A DNA stretch of 64,000 nt, from NCBI GenBank assembly GCA_964035575.1, contig OZ037835.1, positions 372,001 to 436,000 of the forward strand, given 5' to 3'. The position numbers and the translations under genes are program-made. Positions 45,664 to 55,445 of this stretch are shown here, in pieces. Positions within the stretch are counted from its first letter, which is position 1; each line of letters starts with the position of its first letter. The notes beneath the pieces are model-generated. The model was not told the DNA's origin, ran no database searches, and worked only from the letters and a program-made list of their open reading frames with translations. This DNA is from Rhynchopus sp. YZ270_cl-10 (taxonomy: Eukaryota).

Positions 45664-48252
45664 CAGTGTTGTGGCAGTGTCTTTTTTGTGTCTTTTTTGA
45701 TGTGTCTTTTTTGGTCTTTTTTGGTCTTTTTTGGTCTTTTTTGCCAGCATTTTCGGTCTTTTTTGGTCTTTTTTGCCAGCATTTTCGGTCTTTTTTGGTC
45801 TTTTTTGAGCGCACGTTTTTGGGGTTATGGTGCTTATGAGCCCATGGAGCTGAGCTGAAAAGGGATCCCGCAAACATCACAAACACCCACACTTACAGAG
45901 TATCAACACAGACTAATCAGGGGAATAATAATAAAATGCCAGGGAGGAAGAGCTGCTGGAGCCGCGAGGAGTACGTGGAGGTGACGGAGAACGAGGTTGA
46001 CTACCTCGAGTGCAAGGGGGAGGGCTGCGGGTACAGGTTGGCGAAGAACGGCATTTCAGCCACACGGATGAAGAAGCACATCGTGGAGGACTGCCCGAAG
46101 AAGAGTGACAGGGCGAAACAGAGGATCGAAGAGGAAGAAGAGCGGGCGAAAAGATCCCGCTCCGACACGACGGCACCGGCTGAAGCGCCTGCTGCAAAGA
46201 GGGCGAAGCTCGAAAAGAGCCAAACCCGCATCCCCTGCATCCCTGCACCGAACGCGAAGGAGATCGAGGAGATGCATCTCGCCTGGGCGAAGTTCGTGTT
46301 CGCCGCAGGGGTGCCCTTCTCGGTAGTCGATAGTCCACTTTTTATTGAGGCCATGATGGCAACGAGACCAGGGCTAAAAAAAGAACACATACCCAGCCGA
46401 CACGTCATCTCCACAACTTTGCTGGACAAGGTGCACACCACCATCTGTGTTCCGAAGTTTGATAAGCTCGCAAAAAACGAGCACATCTCCCTCCAGTCGG
46501 ACACCTGGAAAAATTCGCGAGCAGAAAAAGTTTTTGCGTGCGCCGGAACAGCAGGGGAGCAGGCAGGATTGATCGTGAACAGCGGGATCTTACAACAAAA
46601 ACAACACAACGCGCAGGAGCTTCTTTCACACCTCACGCAAACACCAGAAAAATTTCAAAAAAAAGCTGTTGCACTCATTTCAGATGGAGATACGACAGCT
46701 ACCAAGGCAAACAAACTCTTCAAAGCCGAACTAAAAAAAAAGAACATTGACGTGCACACCATTGTCTGCGCTGCCCATACTGTACAACGCATGGTGAATG
46801 ACTGTCTCGGGACCAAGAAATCCAAAGGCAACGAAACGGGACAGGAATTCAACTACGTGACAAAGTTGCTGAACAGCGTTGTAGCGTCTCTGAAGAATGT
46901 TGACTACCTCAGGGCTGTTTTGAAGGAAAAACAGACTGAACTGAGTCAGCGAACGAACGCGCCAAAGCTTATGGCGATTACCAGATGGACTACAACGTCA
47001 AAGCTGTTCGACTTCGTCGCGCAATACCGAGAGGCTCTGTTGCTTGTTGCCGATGATGAGGAAGCACTCGCCCGCTGCCCAGATATTCTTAAAGTCTGCA
47101 ACAGCATGCCTCTGATTCGCGCGATTCACAAATTTGTGGAGAAGGCTGGTGTTGTGGTCAACTTGTTGCAGTCGGATTCGTGTAGGATTGGGTTTGTGAT
47201 TCCGCTTCTTGAGCAAGCTCTGAGTGCAGCAAAAGAGACGAAGGCAGCTTTGGCAACGGTGGAAGACAAACAGAAAATGGAGAACGTTATTAAAAAAATC
47301 CAAGTGCGTGTTTCTCGCTACATCACTCACGAGGACGGTGTTTTCTCCGCTGCGACTCTTCTCAACCCATTTTTTCAGGTATACTTCAGCCATATTGATC
47401 CCAACAACAACAACAACAACAATCACACAGGTGTACAAAGAAGCAAAGGACCTGCCAGCAAAACACCCGCTGACCAAACTGGCAGGTTGGGCTCCGTGTG
47501 CAGAGGTGAAGAAGAACGCCTCTGCCTACCTCAAAAAACTGGGGGGCGCGGCACTGTCGGCGTGTCTGATCGAGTTTCGCACTGCATCCGGCATTTTTGC
47601 AAATGACGGGATGTGGGATCTTGCGAAGACCAAGACACCAGAGGAGTGGTGGAGGATATTCTTGCTGGAGGTGCAGAGCGATGGAGGGAGCGAGAAAGAC
47701 GTGAAGCTCTGCAGGATTGGGTACAGAGTGTCGGGGATCCGAGCCTCGAGTGCCGAACTCGAACGGCAATTCAGCACAATGGGCTGGATGTCGCAGTTGC
47801 GGAGGAATCGACTCCTCTCGGCGCGAGTGACGAAGCTGACGCAGATTCACAGTTGCCTCCGCACTGGCAAAGGTGACTCCTGGTTTGAAATCGAGGGTGC
47901 CAAACCAGGAGAACCTGTGATTGACTGCGACGCAGAAGCAGAAGCAGAAGCTCCTGAAGTCGAGGCAGCTCCTGCTGAAGGAAACGACAGCGATGAAGAT
48001 GAAGAGTCGGTTGAGTGGTGAAAGGTTTTCCATTTTTAGTTTTAGTTTTAGTTTCAGAATTTAGATTCAGCTTTAGGAAAACCTGCGATTTGTGTTCAAA
48101 ACGCGTGGAGTGCTTTTTTTTCTGCAAGGTAGAGTCCCTCTATGTCTTTTTTGTGTCTTTTTTGTGTCTTTTATGGTCTTTTTTGGCCTTTTTTGGTCTT
48201 TTATGGTCTTTTTTGGTCTTTTTTGCCAGGACCCTGTCTTTTTACAACACTG
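45664..48252 (+). mobile_element. Apparently autonomous hAT DNA transposon
   Basis: TIR cagtgttgt at 45664 and acaacactg ending at 48252. Subterminal ggtcttttt repeats at both ends and a complete transposase. The flanking 8-mers do not match. Confidence 0.88.
45936..48021 (+). CDS. hAT transposase (677 aa; exons 45936-47378 and 47431-48021; 52-bp GT-AG intron)
   Basis: BED-like finger (W..CKGEGC..HIVEDC), FVFAAGVPFSVVDSP, SDTW, ISDGD, CAAH, TRW, WW and SSAELERQFS..RRNRL. Removing gtatac...cacacag joins ORFs 45936..47606 and 47224..48021 in frame. Confidence 0.92.
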
Positions 48253-48261
48253 GGGGGGGGT

Positions 48262-48918
48262 CGGGGCTGCAAGTATACGTATTATACGTATAATACGTTC
48301 CAACGTATATATACGTTCGGCTGGGGGAGGAAAAAGCTAAATATACGTTACCTATACGTTGCCCTTTGTTGTACTGTACCAGTCCCCTATGCGACGGGGG
48401 TTATCCCAGAATAAGCGCACTTCGAGAACGGCATCTCCAAGTGCCCGGGTCTCACCCTCCTCTCCACAAAACGGAAGAGGAACACACATAGTGCTTGGTT
48501 TAGTTGGGGAGCAGCAGTGCACCGGCAGCAGAAGAAGGCGAAGACCTCCGCAAAGGGGGCAACAGAGGTTGTCACCGGGCCTCTTGACGCTCATGTGCAG
48601 AGAACAATGATGGGTGCCTACGAAGCTGACCGCGTGATTGCCTCATGGTTGTTCTACACAGGACAACCCTGGACACCTCCTCTTCTGAGAGGATTCAGGA
48701 GATGATCGACACCGTGCGTCGGTTGCCGCCGCAGGCGGAGTACAAGGTGCCCCGACGGGACAAAGTCTCGGGGGGTTTGCTCGATGACGAGCACCGCTTT
48801 TTTGCTGTAGGAAATGGGTGCAACGTATAGATAGCGTATAACGTATATTTGAACGTATATATACGTAGCGTATATATACGTTCAAAAAGTGCCCGAGGTA
48901 CGTATATATACAGCCCCG
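48262..48918 (+). mobile_element. Internally deleted hAT element with a transposase remnant
   Basis: Ends cggggctg / cagccccg sit within G-runs, with tatacg subterminal repeats. Frameshifted remnant ADRVIASWLFYTGQPW / QEMIDTVRR..YKVPRRDKVSGGLLDDE resembles the hAT N-terminal region. Confidence 0.7.
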
Positions 48919-48926
48919 GGGGGGGG

Positions 48927-50126
48927 TAGGGGGTCCGACTGTGAGTAAAATTACCGTACAAAAAACTCATTATTAAACTTCTGGTCATCTCCAAGGCAAC
49001 TGCGGGTGAAAAACACCCTCAGAGTGGGTCACAGAGGGCCTGTGGGCCGAAAAACGACCCAGAAGCCACCCCAGAATACAAAAAAATGGAAAAAAATAGT
49101 GAAAAAACGGCTTTTTGACGGTTTTGGCCATGTTGGGCAAAATAGCGTTTTTTCAAGAAAAAACCAAAAAAACGGTTATTTTTTGACATCACAAAACCTC
49201 CTTTGGCACAAATATACCCCAAAAGTGGCCTGTGAGTCCATTCCAACCTGTTTTGGACATATTTGACACTTTTGGAAGTGTTTTTTTGGTGTTTTTACGT
49301 CAAAAAACATACCCTGGCAATACCCTGACCGCGCTCCGGCAGCATTCCGGCATGCTGTTTGACCCATATAGGGGTCAAGAAATGGCCAAAAACCCCCGAA
49401 AAAGCACTCCGGGAACCCAGATAGTTCCAAATATCCACCAGACACCCACCCAAACACCGCAGAAACACGACAGAAAGTCGTCTTAAAAAACACACTTTTT
49501 TCAAAAAGCTCGTCAGACAGGCTCCATAATAGCCTTTTTGAAAAAAGTGTGTTTTTTAAGACGACTTTCTGTCGTGTTTCTGCGGTGTTTGGGTGGGTGT
49601 CTGGTGGATATTTGGAACTATCTGGGTTCCCGGAGTGCTTTTTCGGGGGTTTTTGGCCATTTCTTGACCCCTATATGGGTCAAACAGCATGCCGGAATGC
49701 TGCCGGAGCGCGGTCAGGGTATTGCCAGGGTATGTTTTTTGACGTAAAAACACCAAAAAAACACTTCCAAAAGTGTCAAATATGTCCAAAACAGGTTGGA
49801 ATGGACTCACAGGCCACTTTTGGGGTATATTTGTGCCAAAGGAGGTTTTGTGACGTCAAAAAATAACCGTTTTTTTGGTTTTTTCTTGAAAAAACGCTAT
49901 TTTGCCCAACATGGCCAAAACCGTCAAAAAGCCGTTTTTTCACTATTTTTTCCCATTTTTTTGTATTCTGGGGTGGCTTCTGGGTCGTTTTTCGGCCCAC
50001 AGGCCCCCTGTGACCCACTCTGAGGGTGTTTTTCACCCGCAGTTGCCTTGGAGATGACCAGAAGTTTAATAATGAGTTTTTTGTACGAAATTTAATACAC
50101 AAGTCTATTAGGAGTCGGACCCCCTA
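48927..50126. mobile_element. 1.2-kb foldback element (~554-bp near-perfect inverted arms, 25-nt spacer)
   Basis: Arms at 48955-49508 and 49534-50087 produce mirror ORFs in the track. Termini tagggggtccgact / agtcggaccccct-a. Confidence 0.92.
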
Positions 50127-51063
50127 GGCATAGGTGCCGGCCGAGTCGTTTTTGGGCGAGTTGTCCGAACTCCACGATTTTACCAAACAACTCGCCCAAA
50201 ACTCGGACAACTCGGCCACAACTCGCCCTATACTCGGCACAACTCGCCCTATACTCGGCACAACTCGGCCACAACTCGCCCATTTTTACAGGCAAAAACA
50301 TACAGGGATGGGAGGTGACGTTGTAAGGTTACACACATGTAACGTTGGTACAACACATGATCTCAAGAAAAACAACCAGGGCTAAGGCCAAACGCCACTC
50401 ATTACATGCACCTTGTCATATGACTAGTCATAGGTGGTAACTAGGTCGTGGTGGTCCATGGGCCACCGTGCACACTCACGGTTTTTGGTAATTGCTGGGG
50501 GGAATGGGATATACTCCGTACATGGATACCCACACAGAACACACGGTTCCCCAGACATCTGTCAGGCAATCACTGATTCACTTCACACAGGTCGGGCAGG
50601 CGCTGCCTGCCCATCCTCTTTTCCTGTCTGCTATCGATTCCAGGTTCACAACGTTCACACGTTTAGTCAAAATGCTTTGGGCGACGACTTCCTTTGGGAT
50701 ACACAAAACCACACAAAGCGCACATTCACAGACCAGCTGTGAAGCGTGGGATGCACAAGATAAAACGTGATGTGGTGTACCTGTGTACCTGTGTACCTGT
50801 GTACCTGTGTACCTGTGTACCTGTGTACCTGTGTACCTGTGTACCTGTGTACCTGTGTACCTGTGTACCTGTGTACCTGTGTACCTGTGTACCTGTGTAC
50901 CTGTGTACCTGTGTACCTGTGTACCTGTGTACCTGTGTACCTGTGTTTTTGTAGCCATAAAAAATCCCAAAAAAAAACAACTCGCCCAAAAAAAATGGGC
51001 GAGTTGTTGGCCGAATTTGGGCGAGTTGCCGAGTTGTTTTAACTCGCCGGGCACCTATGCCTA
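50125..51063. mobile_element. TIR element (TAGGCATAGGTGCC ends) with aactcg subterminal repeats and a minisatellite
   Basis: taggcataggtgcc at 50125 and ggcacctatgccta ending at 51063. It shares the TA at 50125-50126 with the foldback element and is followed by G18. Confidence 0.85.
50775..50942. repeat. (GTGTACCT)21 minisatellite
   Basis: Read directly from the sequence. Confidence 0.95.
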
Positions 51064-51180
51064 GGGGGGGGGGGGGGGGGGCAGGCGCTCAGTTCGAGCA
51101 TTGTGTTCGTTTGCCTTTCAATAGCCAGTGACATTACAGTCATGTGACAACACGTTTGTACTAGCGCAACAGAAAGGGGT

Positions 51181-51279
51181 ACCTACTCCCCCCCGTGCAT
51201 AAGTCCGACCCCCATGAAGGCCCTCGGCCCCCCCAAAAATCGGACGTATACGCATACTTATGCACGGGGGAGGGTAGGT
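51181..51279. mobile_element. ~100-bp MITE with ends related to element A
   Basis: acctact(c)7gtgcataagt at the left end and acttatgcacgggggagggtaggt at the right end. Confidence 0.65.
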
Positions 51280-52185
51280 TCTACTAGAATGGAAAATAGG
51301 AAAAAAAACGCATTGTCAGCAGACCACAACTAGCTTCGCAAAGAAAAGAAAATACTACGGTGTCAATAGCTATCTCCACCCACACAGGAAAAACGGGAAA
51401 CGAAAATAGGGGGTGAGTTTGTTAGTTGTACGCTTCCACCAAAAAAAATGAAAGTCCTGAAGTACAGAAAGTGATGTGTGAGAAGGGAGGAGCACAAAAT
51501 GAGGGTGAAAACAGTTAGAGCGACCGTAGCATGCCCTCTGCGTTTGACCTATAATACATTCATTCAGACCTATAAAAAAAGAAAATGAAATACCCTTCTT
51601 TATTCGTTTGTTTGTTGTTTGTTGACCGCAGCCATCCTCGTCCACACTTCAGGTAAAGCACACACTTTTTTTGGTGGTTTGAAAACCCATTGGTGAAAGC
51701 AGTCTGCACTAAACATACATTTTCACAAAAATGTATCGACAATCGCAGAGTAAACCCACCAAGTCGGAGAATTCAGGTCTACTCAATGCTGGCCGAAGCC
51801 TTTGTACTACGGAAGAATCTCATTTAATTATGCTTTCAAACCCCAAAAAGACTCAAAAAACCCCCCCGAAAAAACCCGCGTCCTGAAGTGGAGAGGTGGA
51901 GCACAAAAAGGGGAGGGGAAGGGGAAAACAGTAAGACATCATGACACCCGAAGAACGCCATCTTTCATTTCCAGACGTATTGCATAACTCGTACAACAGA
52001 GAATTTGTAAGGTGAACGTGCCTTATCGGACACACAACACATCTTTTACCGCTATCATCGCGCTGTTCCACGCTGTGTTTGAAGATGGGCTGCTTCATCA
52101 CAAACGGACTTTTCATGGAATCAGTGAAAAAAAAAAAATTCCGAGAATCGGATTGTATTATTTACAGTTGTCTCATGCACACCTG

Positions 52186-53253
52186 CTAAGACTTCTCCAG
52201 CTTTTTTATTCTGACGGACCGGATCGCTTCCGCCAGCTTTGCCCCAACCTTCGTGCAGCAGTAGCAGTGTTCGTGGTGACCGAGGCGCTGTCTCATCGGC
52301 CTGCTATGCTTCTGCACACTCTTCTCTTTTTTTTTCGCCTTCTCCATCACGTCGTCATACTCATCAGCGAGAAACGCAGGGATTGTGTGCCCCGATGCAA
52401 TCAGAAGCGCAACGGCGTCGAGCCTGACTGAAGGGTGGATCCAATCTGTTGCGTGGCAGGGAAGAAGCTTGAGGACGATGCCGGGTGCTGGGAGGACCAC
52501 GTCTCGCACGAAGGCCTCATCCTCAAAGAGCTGCGATGGGAAGAAACGGACGATGCGTCTCCTCCGTTGGGCAAGCTTCTGCAGCAACACCTTGTCCTCA
52601 CGCAACGCTGGGCTGAGACAGCGGTACACCTCACGTGGCGACACATCCTTGCAGTCTGCGATCCGCACCGCCAACTCCTGCGTCCCCACCCTCCCCTGCA
52701 AGATACGGTGCAGGTACTTCACCTCTGGCCTCGTCCCCTCCCCAGGAAGCTTGGCCACCACCATTCCCATCACCTCCTGCGTCAGAATCGCGTCCAGGTC
52801 CTCGCCACCAAGGTAGCGTGGTGTGGCTGCGGTCAGGCCCTGGTAGCTGAGCAGCCAGACCAAGGGGTGTGGTGCGTGCCGTACCTCGGGTGGTGCGTTT
52901 CTGAGGGCTTCTGCACGGAGGTGGCGCGGGTGGGTGTTGTTCTCGAGATAGGCGAGCCAGACGGAGGGGTCGTGACGCCAGCGTGGGGGTACAGTGTCTC
53001 CTGCACGGCAGCGGTTGCATGCATAGGTCGCGCTGTAGTCAACGTGGACAGTGTCGCCGTGCTGCAAGGAGGAGGAGCTCACGGCCGTCCCCCTCTCCAC
53101 CTCGGCCTCATTCGGCAGAGTCACTGCGACCTCTTCAGCCGTGCACGACAGCAGCTCCGCACCAGCATCGAACACCACCCCCCACACAGCGCTCTCCCCC
53201 ACTTCCACCGTGCAGGAGGAGAGCAGGTCCGTGGTCTCTACTGTGATTTCCAT
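52186..53253 (-). CDS. Protein with a divergent N-terminal UBL-like domain and helical repeats (DUF4116-like), 355 aa
   Basis: MEITVETTDL..TVEVGESA..SSLQHGDTVHVD fits a ubiquitin-fold pattern. LRNAPPEVR, LSPALREDKVLL and FPSQLFEDEAFV resemble DUF4116-type repeats (by eye). Confidence 0.65.
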   Translation of the reverse strand: MEITVETTDLLSSCTVEVGESAVWGVVFDAGAELLSCTAEEVAVTLPNEAEVERGTAVSSSSLQHGDTVHVDYSATYACNRCRAGDTVPPRWRHDPSVWLAYLENNTHPRHLRAEALRNAPPEVRHAPHPLVWLLSYQGLTAATPRYLGGEDLDAILTQEVMGMVVAKLPGEGTRPEVKYLHRILQGRVGTQELAVRIADCKDVSPREVYRCLSPALREDKVLLQKLAQRRRRIVRFFPSQLFEDEAFVRDVVLPAPGIVLKLLPCHATDWIHPSVRLDAVALLIASGHTIPAFLADEYDDVMEKAKKKEKSVQKHSRPMRQRLGHHEHCYCCTKVGAKLAEAIRSVRIKKLEKS

Positions 53254-54404
53254 TGCAAACAAAACAAAAGAAGAAAAAACTACTAACAAAAGTCTATGGG
53301 AACCTCGGCTTAGTCTGTAATATGGTCGTGTGGTGTAAGGTCATGAAGGGGAAAATGGAGCTTTTCGTGTGTATGGTGGGGTGTGAGACCGATGTGTGTG
53401 GTCGTGTATAGAGGTGTCCTTGAGTCGAAGAGGAAGTGAGGTGGACCCAAATGAGTGTGAAGCTGTTGTGTGCTCTCGTCGGGGAGGGTCATGAGTCCTG
53501 TGTGATGCAGCGTCCGGTTGGGGGAACAGCTGCAGTGTGAAAGGGGCTCCCAGTATACAGCTTCATGGACAGAAAAGTTGATAAGATGAACGTAAGCTTC
53601 TCGTGCTTGGTAGCCTTGAAACAGTGAAACAAAAGGAGTTGAAACGTGCTGAAACGCATCTCAGTCCAAACAAAATGAAATACCCCCCCCCGTTCTCGAT
53701 TGTGCAGTCGTCCTACTCTTTGTTCGTTGTATCCATGCTCACTTCTTTTGAAATCAAGAACAACACCATTAACAACATTTCTTTATTGTGTAACAAACAA
53801 CTATGACAACACCGATTGCCGGCAGAGCAAGGAGCAAATAATACATTAGGCGTGGAAACGCTTCAGACACATGTTACGGTGGGTCACTATTTAAGAATAC
53901 ATTTCCATCCCCAAAAGTGACCAGAGGGGTATTTTTTTACCCCAAAAAAGTCGAGCAATCTTGTCAAGTGCTCTCACTGTAAGAGGTGTCCGACCAGAAA
54001 AAACAATTACTGGGGAGGGGGGTCGTTAGGGTGTAAAGTGTAAAATGTAAAATTGAAACCGCTGCTACTTTTGCTTTTTGTGTTTCCCCTCCACCGGGCC
54101 ACCTCATACAGCAATAAAACAATAAGACAAAAGGGAGAGGTTGTGGTGAAAACGTATACACCTCGACCTGTCAGTGAAGTGTGGCTCTACTCCAACCCGC
54201 CCCAGAATAGAATATCGCACACCAGAAGTGTTTGTCTGAATCAAAAAGAAGCACAAAGCAGCCTCAGTGCATGACCACAACGTACGGTGCATAAGCGTTC
54301 AAAAATGGGTGAAAAGCGGCCAAAAAAGCACCCATGCTCACTTCTTTTGAAATCAAGAACAACACCATTAACTGGTGCTATCCGGGGGGGGGCGGCGTTT
54401 TGCA

Positions 54405-55445
54405 AAGTTTCACAAAATTTCAATCAAAATCACAACTTTTCACAGCTTTCACAACTTTTCACAACTTTCACACCTTGTCACAAAATTTCAATTAAAAGCA
54501 CAACTTTTCACAAAATTTTCAATTAAAATCACAACTTTTCACAACTTTTCACAAAATTTCACAAAATTTCAATCAAAATCACAACTTTTCACAACTTTTC
54601 ACAGCTTTCACAACTTTTCACAACTTTCACAACTTTTCACAAATTTCAATTAAAATCACAACTTTTCACAATTTTTCACAAAATTTCAACCAAAATCACA
54701 ACTTTTCACAAAATTTCGCAAAATTTCAATCAAAATCACAACTTTGCACAACTTTTCACAACTTTTCACAGCTTTCACAACTTTTCACAATTTTCACAAC
54801 TTTTCACAAAATTTCAACCAAAATCACAACTTTGCACAAAGTTTCGCAAAATTTCAATCAAAATCACAACTTTTCACAACTATTCACAACTTTCACAACT
54901 TTTCACAATTTTCACAACTTTTCACAATTTTCAATCCAAATCACAACTTTTCACAAAATTTCAATCAAAATCACAACTTTTCACAACTTTTCACAGCTTT
55001 CACAACTTTTCACAACTTTCACAACTTTTCACAAATTTCAATTAAAATCACAACTTTTCACAACTTTTCACAATTTTTCAACCAAAATCACAACTTTTCA
55101 CAAAATTTCGCAAAATTTCAATCAAAATCACAACTTTGCACAACTTTTCACAACTTTTCACAGCTTTCACAACTTTTCACAATTTTCACAACTTTTCACA
55201 AAATTTCAACCAAAATCACAACTTTGCACAAAGTTTCGCAAAATTTCAATCAAAATCACAACTTTTCACAACTATTCACAACTTTCACAACTTTTCACAA
55301 TTTTCAATCCAAATCACAACTTTTCACAAAATTTCAATCAAAATCACAACTTTTCACAACTTTTCACAGCTTTCACAACTTTTCACAACTTTCACAACTT
55401 TTCACAAATTTCAATTAAAATCACAACTTTTCACAACTTTTCACA
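54405..55445. repeat. AT-rich degenerate satellite (ttttcacaac / aaatttcaatcaaaatcacaac) with a 392-bp higher-order repeat
   Basis: Read directly. Identical stretches start at 54744 and 55136. Confidence 0.9.
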
